From an uncultured Bdellovibrionales bacterium (GTDB lineage: Bacteria > Patescibacteriota > Minisyncoccia > Moranbacterales > UBA1568), in contig CAYVDI010000004.1 of NCBI GenBank assembly GCA_964450795.1, positions 4,207 through 37,323 of the forward strand: DNA of 33,117 bases, given 5' to 3'. Shown here piece after piece: positions 1 to 8,377 of the stretch. The notes under the pieces are model-generated. The model had not been told where the DNA came from, made no database searches, and saw nothing but the letters and a program-made list of their open reading frames with translations. How positions within the stretch are numbered: position 1 is the stretch's first letter; each line of letters opens with the position of its first letter. Made by a program: the position numbers and the translations under genes.

Positions 1-1472
1 AAATCGTCGCCTCGGACGGACGCTCGTCGCTCTCGGATCCGCAGCCGATATCCGACTTCATCATCGGGGAGCATCTCCCGTTCGCCGCGCTCTCGATCCT
101 CTCCGGAGTCTCGTTCTTCTCCGCATTCCCGATCAGCGTGCTCTTTCTGGTGAATCTCCTTTCGCTCATCGCGCTCATGGCACTCGCGATCCGTCTTTCC
201 GAAAACATCCTCTCCGAGAAATCAGGCTTCACTCCCTTCGGAGTCGGGCTCTCCGTTCTTCTTCTTGCCGGGCCGCTCTTCGCCTTTTCCTCACCAGAAG
301 CGAAGTTCGTCTCCGGTGGTGTGGTCGGGAACCTGCTTGGAGACCTCTTCATTCCGCTCATCCTCCTCGCATCCTTCCGATCCCTCCGGGACAAGGATCC
401 GAGATTCCTCGGCATCGGGATCTTCCTTTCCTTCGGCCTTGCCTACACGCATCATCTTTCTTCGCTCGTTCTCGCCTTCATCCTCGCCGGAATCGCGCTC
501 TCTCTCGCCATTCTCTTCAGACGGGAAATCATCCCACTCGGAAAACGGATCGGGAAGCTCTTTCTCTCTCCCTATCCCGCGGGAGCACTTCTTTTCGCGA
601 TTTTCTTCTTCCTTCAGGTCGCCATGCCGACCTATATCGAAACGAATGCCGCTAGCACCGCCCTCGGGGCGCCTTCGAAGGCGACAAGAACGGGACTCTC
701 CTTTTTTCAGGCATCCGACTCGGTCGGAACCTCCAGAATCGCGGTCGGACTCGCCGCTCTGCTCATCGCGCTCTCTCTCCGCGGCGTTCGGAACTCGTCC
801 GCATACGCGTTCGTCCTCGGTTGGACCGGTTCCCTGCTGGTCATGACACTCTATCCCCACCTTCTCCTTCTCGACATCCCCTCCAATCGGATCGGGTCGT
901 ATCTTTCCTTCCCCGTCGCGCTCCTTTCAGGAATTTTCGTCTCCACCCTGCCGTCCATTCTCCGCTCATCGGATACCAGGAAACCGGCATCATTCCTTCC
1001 GGGTCGTTTCTTCTTTTTCCTGATTCTCCTCGTCTTCGCGTTCGTCACCTGGAACGGATTGGCCGACAATCGCGCGTCGCTTCCCGAAACCGGGAAAGCC
1101 CAGTCGGCAGTCGAAATATTCAACGCATCCTCATATCTCGCGGAACGCGCCACCGATACCGATCTTTTCCTCAAGGATCACAACTATCTCCCCGCCGATT
1201 CATGGATGAAACTGTTCTTCATGCGGGACTACAATTATCCCCTCTCGCGCGGCTTCTTCAAACGCTATGAGGACGAGACGAAACCGCGGGAACAGTGCAC
1301 GCTTCTCATGATATCGACGCCGAATCTCCCGGAAGGAAAAGCCTGCTACGACGACCTCCGCGTGAATCTCGTTGCCGTAAACCCGTCCTACGATGCCACG
1401 CAGTTCGAAAAATCGTCATCGTTCTCGCGTATCTACGCAAGCGATCTGATACACATCTATGAACGGAAATAA
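1..1472 (+). CDS. Polytopic membrane protein, 5'-truncated at the window edge (possibly GT-C-like; family not recognised)
   Basis: Frame 3 is open from base 3 with no stop before the listed GTG at 138, so the CDS probably begins upstream of the window. It has many hydrophobic helices (LFLVNLLSLIALMALAI, FFFFLILLVFAFV and others) followed by a soluble C-terminal part of about 130 aa. It overlaps the next ORF by 14 nt, which suggests an operon. Confidence 0.6.
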   Translation, partial: IVASDGRSSLSDPQPISDFIIGEHLPFAALSILSGVSFFSAFPISVLFLVNLLSLIALMALAIRLSENILSEKSGFTPFGVGLSVLLLAGPLFAFSSPEAKFVSGGVVGNLLGDLFIPLILLASFRSLRDKDPRFLGIGIFLSFGLAYTHHLSSLVLAFILAGIALSLAILFRREIIPLGKRIGKLFLSPYPAGALLFAIFFFLQVAMPTYIETNAASTALGAPSKATRTGLSFFQASDSVGTSRIAVGLAALLIALSLRGVRNSSAYAFVLGWTGSLLVMTLYPHLLLLDIPSNRIGSYLSFPVALLSGIFVSTLPSILRSSDTRKPASFLPGRFFFFLILLVFAFVTWNGLADNRASLPETGKAQSAVEIFNASSYLAERATDTDLFLKDHNYLPADSWMKLFFMRDYNYPLSRGFFKRYEDETKPREQCTLLMISTPNLPEGKACYDDLRVNLVAVNPSYDATQFEKSSSFSRIYASDLIHIYERK

Positions 1473-1914
1473 ACGGAAAAATATCAAATTTCAGGCACGC
1501 GCCGCGGCTCTGGTACGGGCGTTTCGAAGCGCCGTATCGTTCCTTCGGGCGAACATCCTCACCGAAGCCGGCATTCTCGCGACATTCTTCGTGCTTTTCG
1601 CAAGCAGTATCCTCTTTCTCGACATGAAAATCGGACGAGATCTGGATCCGGATATCGGGAAGAACTGGTGGGCGGTCTCCTTCGAAGATCGGGATCCGTG
1701 GTCCGTCGCGTTCTCCATCGAAAATCATTCGGACAGAGACGGTTTTTCCTATTCCGTTTCCCGCAACAAGATCGTTCTCGATGCCGGAACCGTCTCCATC
1801 GGAAAAGGCGAACGGAAGATCATCGCTCCGAAAGAAGACGGCGGCATCGGTCGGACGACCATCACCGTCGAATCCGACGACGGCTCGAAAAAATCCATCT
1901 ACCGCGAACGATAG
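1459..1914 (+). CDS. Hypothetical membrane-anchored protein (one N-terminal TM helix plus a small soluble domain)
   Basis: 151-aa ORF overlapping the upstream stop by 14 nt. It has a basic N-terminus, then the TM segment AGILATFFVLFASSILFL. A hairpin follows the stop. No family was recognised. Confidence 0.5.
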   Translation: MNGNKRKNIKFQARAAALVRAFRSAVSFLRANILTEAGILATFFVLFASSILFLDMKIGRDLDPDIGKNWWAVSFEDRDPWSVAFSIENHSDRDGFSYSVSRNKIVLDAGTVSIGKGERKIIAPKEDGGIGRTTITVESDDGSKKSIYRER

Positions 1915-1924
1915 AAAAAGAAAA

Positions 1925-1949
1925 AACGCCCGACATGAGTCAGGGCGTT
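1925..1949. terminator. Bidirectional intrinsic terminator hairpin between convergent genes
   Basis: AACGCCC (1925-1931) pairs perfectly with GGGCGTT (1943-1949) around an 11-nt loop. An A-run lies upstream on the + strand, which gives a U-run for the minus-strand gene ending at 1966. The + side tail is short (TTT). Confidence 0.6.
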
Positions 1950-1965
1950 TCGGTACCGATCCGGA

Positions 1966-2370
1966 TCAGAACTGTCCGTATTGCTTACGGATTTGTTCGA
2001 GATAATCGGCGAACGCATCCCGCTTGATTTCGAGAAGGATCTTTACTTCCTCCTTCTTCTCATCCCACATCCCGACGTAAACGAAATAGCTCGAAACGAG
2101 CGAGAATACGAGAAAGACCCAGAAGATCCCAAAACAGGCGAAAAGCGAGAGCGAGAGCGAGTGTCCGTCGAACAGATCCGTCCGAAGACTGATATACGCG
2201 ACGATCATCACCACCCAGAAGCATCCCCGAAGGAAAAGCCGGATGAGCTGCTCTATCGGGGCGGGCGTACTGATCCCAACGATAAGCGCACGATGATTTT
2301 TTCTCGCCTCGCGAAGAAAGAACCAGATGATCATGAATGTTTCAGAAAACCCGAGCAGACTCCATTCCAT
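1966..2370 (-). CDS. Small hypothetical membrane protein (about 3 TM helices)
   Basis: 134-aa ORF with hydrophobic segments (CFWVVMIVAYISL, LFACFGIFWVFLVFSLVSSYFVYV). It is followed by the 1925-1949 hairpin and a T-run on its own strand. No family was recognised. Confidence 0.5.
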   Translation of the reverse strand: MEWSLLGFSETFMIIWFFLREARKNHRALIVGISTPAPIEQLIRLFLRGCFWVVMIVAYISLRTDLFDGHSLSLSLFACFGIFWVFLVFSLVSSYFVYVGMWDEKKEEVKILLEIKRDAFADYLEQIRKQYGQF

Positions 2371-2507
2371 TCTTACTTCTCCTCTGTATATTTTCGGAAA
2401 CTCCCCAACCGGGAAGAAATGAGCTACAATACACGAGCGGAATTCCGGGAGCGTTCATCCTTTCAAAGAACCGGGCAATAGAGCCATTTACCCATAAAGT
2501 CACACAT

Positions 2508-3629
2508 ATGTCAATGCGCAACGTCCTCCTCGCCACCCGTCCGCTCGTACCCCCATGGGACGAGGCATCGAAAAATTTCGCCTATTTTCTGGCGAAATCG
2601 ATCCACGGATCCAAGCTCACCGTACTCTCCACGAAAGAGAAACTGTTCGAACTTCCGGACACGGTCACGCAGGTTCCCGTTTATCCGTCCGCACATCTCG
2701 GATTCGGCGCGAAGCTCTCCCTCCTCCGGTATCTCCGCGACCGACGCGACGATTTCGATATCACGCACTATCTTTTCACCCCGGCAAAACGGAATGCGCT
2801 CATCATCAAGAACCTTGCTCGCCCGACGAAAGGGAAAACCATCCAGACCGTCGCGACGCTCCGCGAGGACCTCTATTCGCCGGACGAACTGAAGAAGCTT
2901 CTTTTCGCCGATGCCATCGTCGTGTATACGGACCGATCGAAAAATCGCCTCACCGAACTCGGATTCACGAACGTGCGACGCATCTATCCCGGCATCGACC
3001 TCACACTCTACCGCCCGAAGGAAAAGGACCGAGCCCTTCTCGAGGAGTTCCATTTTACCGATCAGGATTTCATCGTCGTCTATCCCGGCGAATACTCGCG
3101 ACTCGGCGCAACCGATATGCTTGTCGAGTCCCTGCTCTATCACTTCAACAAGCACCCCGAATCGAACCTCCGCTTCATCTTCGCCTGTCGCGTGAAGAAC
3201 GATGCCGACGCGAAGAAGAAAGCCGAGGTCGTCGCGGCACTCGATGCGGCCGACCTGCTTCCGAAAGTTGCTTTCACCGATACGATATTCGACATGCCCG
3301 CGCTCTACAATCTCGCCGATGTCATCGCTTTCCCCGTCATGGATATGAAGGGGAAGTTTGACGTGCCGCTTGTCATCATCGAAGCGTACGCCTGCGGAAA
3401 ACCGGTCATCCTCTCGGACCTCCCATCCTTCGCCGAGTTTTCGAACAAGGATATCTCGGTTACGGTGAAACGAGGCTCGAACGAGGAATTCATGAAAGCG
3501 GTCACCACGCTTCAGGCGGATCCGGAACGACGTGCGACGCTCGGAAAAAACGCGCGTTCCTTTGCGGAAAAACTCTTCGATCTTCGTGAAACCGCGGACC
3601 AGTACGACGAACTTTACCGGTCGATTTGA
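2508..3629 (+). CDS. Glycosyltransferase family 4 (GT-B fold, Glycos_transf_1)
   Basis: I place the start at ATG 2508 (MSMRNVLLATRP...), because the listed 2337 start would overlap the divergent gene. The C-terminal GT1/GT4 signature is EAYACGKPVILSDLPSFAEF (E-x7-E type). Length (about 373 aa) and layout are typical. Confidence 0.85.
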   Translation: MSMRNVLLATRPLVPPWDEASKNFAYFLAKSIHGSKLTVLSTKEKLFELPDTVTQVPVYPSAHLGFGAKLSLLRYLRDRRDDFDITHYLFTPAKRNALIIKNLARPTKGKTIQTVATLREDLYSPDELKKLLFADAIVVYTDRSKNRLTELGFTNVRRIYPGIDLTLYRPKEKDRALLEEFHFTDQDFIVVYPGEYSRLGATDMLVESLLYHFNKHPESNLRFIFACRVKNDADAKKKAEVVAALDAADLLPKVAFTDTIFDMPALYNLADVIAFPVMDMKGKFDVPLVIIEAYACGKPVILSDLPSFAEFSNKDISVTVKRGSNEEFMKAVTTLQADPERRATLGKNARSFAEKLFDLRETADQYDELYRSI

Positions 3630-3645
3630 AACGTCTGAAAAGGCG

Positions 3646-3681
3646 AAAGGCCGCCTGCCACGGAGCTGGACGGCTTTTTTT
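3646..3681 (+). terminator. Weak candidate intrinsic terminator after the GT4 gene
   Basis: GCCG (3650-3653) pairs with CGGC (3671-3674). The stem extends through A/T pairs into the T7 run at 3675-3681. The stem is short and imperfect. Confidence 0.3.
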
Positions 3682-3690
3682 GACGCGGGT

Positions 3691-4503
3691 CTATCGTCGG
3701 ATGATCTTCCGGACAAAGAATGCCGACCCGAAGAGTACGCCGGCAGAGAGGACGATCGTCCCGCCTGACGGAAGATCGAAGAGATACGACAGGACAAACC
3801 CGGAAAGAAATGACGCCACCGAGAAACAGACGGCTATGAGCGCGGTACTTCGGAATCCCTTTCCGAACTGAAGCGCCGACAAGACCGGAATCACCATAAG
3901 CGCGCCCAAAAGGAGCACGCCGACGATCTGAAGCGATGCCGCGGCGGTCAAGGCGGCCACTCCGATGAACGCTCCGTTCACCCAATCGACCTGGATCCCG
4001 GACACCTTCGCCAGATCCTCATCAAGCGAGAGAAGGAAAAGCGGCCGATAGAATCGGAGAAAGAACAGCCCGGAAACCGCGACAATTCCGGCGAGGAAGA
4101 GAAGCTCCGTCCCGGACACCGTCGCGAGACTCCCGAAGAGATAACTCATGAGATTCACATTCGGGACGCCGGACAGGGAGACTATCACCACTGCCGCCGC
4201 GAGCGAGACGGAAAGGAACAGCGCAAGCACCGCTTCCGTCATGACGCGACCCGACGCCCGAACCCGATCGATGCCGAACGCCGCGAGAAGCGAGACGACC
4301 ACCGCGCCGAGCGCCGGCGAGACCCCGAACACGATGGAGCCCGCGACGCCGAGCAAGGAAACATGCGCAAGCGTATCCGCAAGGAATGAGAGGCGACGAA
4401 CGACGAGAAAGATGCCGACCATCGGAGCCAGCAGCGACATGAACAGTCCCGCGAGAAACGCCCGGAGAAGAAAATCGTATTGGAATATATCCTGGATGAC
4501 CAT
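3691..4503 (-). CDS. znuB: Metal (Zn/Mn-type) ABC transporter permease, ABC-3 family
   Basis: I place the start at ATG 4503 (MVIQDIFQYDFLLRAFLAGL...), 10 nt after the upstream ATPase stop. It is polytopic with ABC-3 style segments (RRLSFLADTLAHVSLLGVA). It is the last gene of the zur-znuA-znuC-znuB operon. Metal specificity is not determinable here. Confidence 0.85.
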   Translation of the reverse strand: MVIQDIFQYDFLLRAFLAGLFMSLLAPMVGIFLVVRRLSFLADTLAHVSLLGVAGSIVFGVSPALGAVVVSLLAAFGIDRVRASGRVMTEAVLALFLSVSLAAAVVIVSLSGVPNVNLMSYLFGSLATVSGTELLFLAGIVAVSGLFFLRFYRPLFLLSLDEDLAKVSGIQVDWVNGAFIGVAALTAAASLQIVGVLLLGALMVIPVLSALQFGKGFRSTALIAVCFSVASFLSGFVLSYLFDLPSGGTIVLSAGVLFGSAFFVRKIIRR

Positions 4504-4513
4504 ACTGATCCGA

Positions 4514-5254
4514 TCAATGTATGTGACGCTCGGCCGATTCGGCCGACTTTCTCCGACGGAACGATCCGTTCTCGAGGGAAAACACCGTCTTCGTCTGATC
4601 AAAAACTGTATCGAGATCGTGCGATACGAGGACGATCGTCATGCCGGATCGATTCAGCGCAGCAAGAAACGCGAAGAACTTTTCCTGCGACACCACATCG
4701 ATATTGGCCGTCGGCTCATCAAGGACGAGAAGCCGCGGACTGGACACGAGCGCCCGCGCGATGAACACGCGCTGACGTTCCCCTCCTGAGAGTTCGCCGA
4801 TGAGCCGATCCGCGAGATGTTCGATCTCGGCCACCCGGAGAGCTTCATCCACGGAATGACAGTGCCCCATCCCGAAACGGCAGGAAATCGATTCCGTACC
4901 CGGAGCATGACCGCTCTCGACGATCTCCCTCACCGTGGCAGGAAACTCCCGCTCCCGCTGGAAGACATACTGCGGAACATATCCGACCGACTCCCATGCC
5001 GAAAATTCCCCGATCGGCGTTCCGAAGAGGCGGATATCCCCCTCGGAAGGTCGAAGCAATCCGAGAAGAAGCCGGAGTGCCGTCGTCTTTCCCGAACCGT
5101 TCCCGCCGACGATCCCGGCATACCCGCCCTCTTCGATCGAAAACGAAAGCTCCCGGAACACCGGTTCCGAACTCCCACCATATCCGAATCGTACTTCGGA
5201 AAACTGTACGGCTGGCTGGTCCATGTGGATGGCCTCAGGATTTACGGCGTGCAC
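4514..5254 (-). CDS. znuC: Metal ABC transporter ATP-binding protein
   Basis: Walker A is GGNGSGKTT, the ABC signature is LSGGERQRVFIARAL and Walker B is LLVLDEPT. An alternative start is ATG 5224. The 5254 start overlaps the znuA stop by 13 nt. Confidence 0.9.
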   Translation of the reverse strand: MHAVNPEAIHMDQPAVQFSEVRFGYGGSSEPVFRELSFSIEEGGYAGIVGGNGSGKTTALRLLLGLLRPSEGDIRLFGTPIGEFSAWESVGYVPQYVFQREREFPATVREIVESGHAPGTESISCRFGMGHCHSVDEALRVAEIEHLADRLIGELSGGERQRVFIARALVSSPRLLVLDEPTANIDVVSQEKFFAFLAALNRSGMTIVLVSHDLDTVFDQTKTVFSLENGSFRRRKSAESAERHIH

Positions 5255-6174
5255 TCCATGGCTTTCGAGAGATTCGCGAGATTCTCCCGCATGATGGAAA
5301 TGTAATTCTTTCCGGCGGCGGCGTCCTCCTTGGAAATTCCCTCGATCGGATCGAAAACGAGCGTCTCGGCACCGATTTCCCGTGCAAGTGTCTTCGAAAC
5401 CTTCGGCGACACGAGCGTCTCGAAGAAAATATACCGTATATTTTCCTTTTTCGCGAGGTTCGCGAGATCTGCCATCCGACCTGCGGACGGCTCGGCTTCG
5501 GGAGACAGGCCCGATATCGAGTGCGCCTCGAATGCGTACCGTTTCGCAAGATAGGCGAATGCGTCATGGGACGTGACCACTTCGTTCTTCGAGCAGTGAG
5601 ACAGGGTATTCCGATACTCGCCATCGACCGCCTCCATCTCCGAGAGGGACTGCGCGGCGGCGGCATCGAAAGAAGCGGTTCGGGACGGATCCTTCTCGGA
5701 AAACGCGACCCGAAGCGACCCGATGATGCTCTCCGCGAACACGGGGTCGAGCCAGAAATGCGGATCTGAAACGCCTTCGGACAGCGGAAGAGCCGTCACG
5801 GATTCCGAGGCATTCACGACGACGATCCCTTTTCCCCGAAGCGACGGAGTGAGTTTTTCCGCCCACGGATCCATCCCTGATCCGTTGAAGACGAACACGT
5901 CCGCCTGTTCGATGGAGATGATATCCTTCGGCGTCGGATCGTATTCGTGAGGCTCTGCCCCGAAAGGGACGATTGTCGTCACGTGGACCGCATCTCCGCC
6001 GGCCATTCTCGAGAACTCCGCAAGCGGATAAAACGTCGCCACGACCCGGAGACGTCCCGTCTCCGGCGCGATATCCCGCCCGCCTTCGTTTCTCCCGAAA
6101 AGGAAAAACGCTGCGACGATCAGGATCGTCACCGCAAGCGCTCCGAAGAATACGAATTCCCTTTTCATTCTCAT
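5242..6174 (-). CDS. znuA: Metal ABC transporter substrate-binding protein (ZnuA/TroA cluster-9 family)
   Basis: I place the start at ATG 6174 (MRMKREFVFFGALAVTILIVAAF, a signal-anchor-like N-terminus). TroA/ZnuA-type motifs are GAEPHEYDPTPKD and SDPHFWLDP. No His-rich loop is visible, so Zn versus Mn is uncertain. Confidence 0.85.
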   Translation of the reverse strand: MRMKREFVFFGALAVTILIVAAFFLFGRNEGGRDIAPETGRLRVVATFYPLAEFSRMAGGDAVHVTTIVPFGAEPHEYDPTPKDIISIEQADVFVFNGSGMDPWAEKLTPSLRGKGIVVVNASESVTALPLSEGVSDPHFWLDPVFAESIIGSLRVAFSEKDPSRTASFDAAAAQSLSEMEAVDGEYRNTLSHCSKNEVVTSHDAFAYLAKRYAFEAHSISGLSPEAEPSAGRMADLANLAKKENIRYIFFETLVSPKVSKTLAREIGAETLVFDPIEGISKEDAAAGKNYISIMRENLANLSKAMECTP

Positions 6175-6200
6175 ATCATGTACCTGTATAAATCGTTGGC

Positions 6201-6641
6201 CTACGCCTTTTGGCGACAACCTCCGCAAAGACCAAGGAATTCGAGCGAATGGTCGATAATCCGGAATCCTTCCTTCCGTTCGATTCTCCGCTCCTCACGC
6301 ACAAGCGACTCGTCCGGAACCGAGACGTCCCTGACCGTACCGCAATCCACGCACACGAGATGGTGATGATGCGGACCGGCGAGCTCATAGAGCGCGATAT
6401 CGTTCCGGAGCGTCAACTCCTCCACGATTCCTATTCTTTTCAGGAATTCGAGTTCGCGATAGACCGTCGTCTTGTTCGGACGTTTCCCCTTCTCTTCAAG
6501 GGACTCAAGCATCATCGGGACGGACAACGGCGCCGAAGCCTCCGACAGGAGAGCGAGAACCTCCCTGCGCGTCCGGGACAGACGGACTCCGAGGTCGGTA
6601 AGTTTCTGAAATACCGGATAACGATGATCGGTTTGTCTCAT
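6201..6641 (-). CDS. zur: Fur-family metalloregulator (Zur-like)
   Basis: I place the start at ATG 6641 (MRQTDHRYPVFQK...). It has a winged-helix N-terminus (RTRREVLALL) and Fur-family metal sites HHHHLVCVDCG ... LCGGCRQ (two CxxC pairs). It is the first gene of the metal-uptake operon. Confidence 0.85.
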   Translation of the reverse strand: MRQTDHRYPVFQKLTDLGVRLSRTRREVLALLSEASAPLSVPMMLESLEEKGKRPNKTTVYRELEFLKRIGIVEELTLRNDIALYELAGPHHHHLVCVDCGTVRDVSVPDESLVREERRIERKEGFRIIDHSLEFLGLCGGCRQKA

Positions 6642-6672
6642 TTCCGTTTCCGCTTTATACGAATGTGTATCC

Positions 6673-6702
6673 ACTATAGTGCAACTCAGTTGCATTTGTC
6701 AA
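6673..6702 (-). promoter_or_regulatory. Sigma70-type promoter of the zur operon (TTGACA-18 nt-TATAGT on the minus strand)
   Basis: The + strand reads tgtcaa at 6697-6702 (TTGACA on minus) and actata at 6673-6678 (TATAGT on minus). The spacer is 18 nt and lies about 30 nt upstream of the zur ATG. Confidence 0.6.
6680..6694. promoter_or_regulatory. Candidate Zur/Fur-family operator: palindrome TGCAAC-tca-GTTGCA
   Basis: This is a perfect 6-3-6 inverted repeat. It lies entirely inside the -35/-10 spacer of the zur promoter and overlaps the -35-like TTGCAT of the divergent rtcB promoter. Confidence 0.5.
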
Positions 6703-6716
6703 ACGCATGGTATACT
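6690..6716 (+). promoter_or_regulatory. Candidate extended -10 promoter for rtcB
   Basis: TGG-TATACT lies at 6708-6716 (a TGn extended -10). A -35-like TTGCAT lies at 6690-6695, giving a short 15-nt spacer. The site is about 85 nt upstream of the rtcB ATG. Confidence 0.4.
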
Positions 6717-6802
6717 GGACATGGAAGCGCACAGGATCGGTCCTTTCAGGAAATCGGTTTCCGTGTTAGCATGTTCCGAAGTTAAAACATGAAAAAGCCG
6801 CT

Positions 6803-8302
6803 ATGAATCCATCGGATACCAGGGAAATAACCCCCTACAAACGGGAGATGCGGACCGAAAGGATGAAGGTCCCGGTCGTCTTCCATGTGCAGGAGTCGCT
6901 CATGCCGAACGAGGCGACCCTGAGACAGCTCGAGAGCGTCGCCGGCAATCATTGCGTCTCACATCATATCGCCGCGATGGCGGACGTGCACAGCAAACTC
7001 GGCCGCAAGAACGCGACCGGTACGACGGTCGTTTCCGAATCCGCCATCCTGCCACAGCTCAACGACTCAGATCCCGCCTGCGGCATGCGCCTCGTCCGGA
7101 CGAATCTCACCGAAGACAACACGACACCGGAAGAGCTGGAAAAACTTTTCCAAGCACTCGTCCCCCGAGTCCCGACGAAAGCCTATGTCGGAACCTATCT
7201 CCCCTTCCGCGTCATCGTCGACATCGCGCGCAAGGGCATCGCGCCGCTCATCGAATATCTGGGTATCACGACGAAATACGAGGCAGAAAATTCCCTCGAC
7301 CGCGGCAACTTCTTCGCCGAGGAAAAATCATCGCGGTATATCAAGGACATCATCCCGTCGCTCTTCCTCTTCTTCGCGCAGTTCCGCTCGGGTATTCTCG
7401 GAGCCGCCGGCAACCACTTCCTCGACCTCATGAAGGTGACCGACATCGAGGATCCCGTCCTCGCGGAGAAGCTCGGCGTGAAGAAGGGTCAGTATCTTTT
7501 CATGATCCACTGCGGATCCGGGATCCTCGGGCAGTACACCATGTACATGTACACCGCGAAGAAACGCGAGCACAAATCGACCGCGATCCTCATGAACATC
7601 GGCCGGTTCTTCTGGCGCACGCCCTTCCGCAAGACCGTCGACGCGATCGCCAAGAAGATCCGCGAGTCCGACTTCGGAAAGAAGGAGCCGCTCATCGAAT
7701 TCACCGGCGAAGAGGCGGACCTCTACATGGCCGCGCGCAACGCCTGCTCCAACTTCGCCCACGCGAACCGCGCCGTCATCGCGCATAACGTCTCGGAAAC
7801 GATCAAGGAAGTCCTCGGGCGCGATCCGGAAATGGAGCTCCTCTACGACATGCCGCACATCCTCGTCTCCCGCGAGGAACATTTCGGAAAATCGCTGTGG
7901 GTGCACCGCAACGGGACATCCCGCGCCTACGGTCCGTCGCGCATGTCCGACCACCCGGTGTTCAAGGAAACCGGCGAACCGGCATTCATCCCGACCTCCA
8001 TGTCGACGGAAGCCTATCTTTGTGTCGGTCAGGATGGCAACGACTCCACATTCTACTCTTGCAACCACGGCGCCGGAAAATCGAAGGAGAAGACGGATTC
8101 CGTCGTCCCCGAAAACAAATCCGAACTCGACGCGAAACTCGCCACCAAGGGCGTCACCCTCTACAACGGTCGTTCCTCCAAAGTCATCGAACAGGACTCC
8201 TCGCACTACAAGCAGGCGGCGGACGTCATCGCGAGCGCCAAGGAAAACGGCGTCGTCAAACCCGTCGCCAAAATGCAACCCGTCTCGGTCATAATGTATT
8301 AG
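6803..8302 (+). CDS. rtcB: RtcB-family RNA 3'-phosphate/5'-OH ligase (divergent member)
   Basis: RtcB motifs appear in the canonical order. They are MADVHSKLG (PDxH-like), SDPACGMRL (D..C metal site), AAGNHFLDL (GNHF), HCGSGILG (HSGSRGLG-like), NFAHANRAV, DMPHILVSRE, IPTSMSTEAYL (IPGSMG-like) and SCNHGAGKS (the HGAG guanylyl-His motif). Confidence 0.85.
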   Translation: MNPSDTREITPYKREMRTERMKVPVVFHVQESLMPNEATLRQLESVAGNHCVSHHIAAMADVHSKLGRKNATGTTVVSESAILPQLNDSDPACGMRLVRTNLTEDNTTPEELEKLFQALVPRVPTKAYVGTYLPFRVIVDIARKGIAPLIEYLGITTKYEAENSLDRGNFFAEEKSSRYIKDIIPSLFLFFAQFRSGILGAAGNHFLDLMKVTDIEDPVLAEKLGVKKGQYLFMIHCGSGILGQYTMYMYTAKKREHKSTAILMNIGRFFWRTPFRKTVDAIAKKIRESDFGKKEPLIEFTGEEADLYMAARNACSNFAHANRAVIAHNVSETIKEVLGRDPEMELLYDMPHILVSREEHFGKSLWVHRNGTSRAYGPSRMSDHPVFKETGEPAFIPTSMSTEAYLCVGQDGNDSTFYSCNHGAGKSKEKTDSVVPENKSELDAKLATKGVTLYNGRSSKVIEQDSSHYKQAADVIASAKENGVVKPVAKMQPVSVIMY

Positions 8303-8344
8303 GTATTTGGTATTTGGTATTTGGTATCCCGTATCATGTATAAA
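8296..8344 (+). repeat. Tandem heptad array A: seven GTATnnn units (three perfect GTATTTG) overlapping the rtcB stop codon
   Basis: The array reads GTATTAG GTATTTG GTATTTG GTATTTG GTATCCC GTATCAT GTATAAA. The TAG of the first unit is the rtcB stop. CCCGTAT (8328-8334) can pair with ATACGGG (8349-8355). Confidence 0.9.
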
Positions 8345-8377
8345 ACGCATACGGGGAGAAAACCGAGACAAGAAAAG

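Noticed and set aside
2511-3797. 428-aa ORF on the minus strand, antisense to the GT4 gene
   Set aside because: It lies almost entirely opposite a CDS with clear GT4 motifs. Its translation is R/G/E/D-rich low complexity with no recognisable motif. This is the usual antisense open frame of GC-rich coding DNA.
5426-5444. AT-rich perfect palindrome AAAATATAC-C-GTATATTTT inside znuA, superficially like the GTAT repeat family
   Set aside because: It encodes ..ENIRYIFFE.., which matches the conserved (I/V)xxIFxE motif of ZnuA/TroA-family binding proteins. It is therefore native coding sequence rather than an inserted element.
6750-6763. The 14-mer GAAATCGGTTTCCG is shared between the rtcB leader (6750-6763) and the candidate RNA (10861-10874). 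The rtcB leader also has two small adjacent hairpins with UCGG loops (6733-6744 and 6749-6762).
   Set aside because: A few 14-mer coincidences are expected by chance in 33 kb on both strands with biased composition. The hairpin stems are only 4-5 bp. This is not enough to claim a shared element.
7328-8371. 347-aa minus-strand ORF antisense to rtcB
   Set aside because: Same reasoning: the opposite strand carries ordered RtcB motifs, and this frame is an R/D/G/V-rich translation with no family resemblance.
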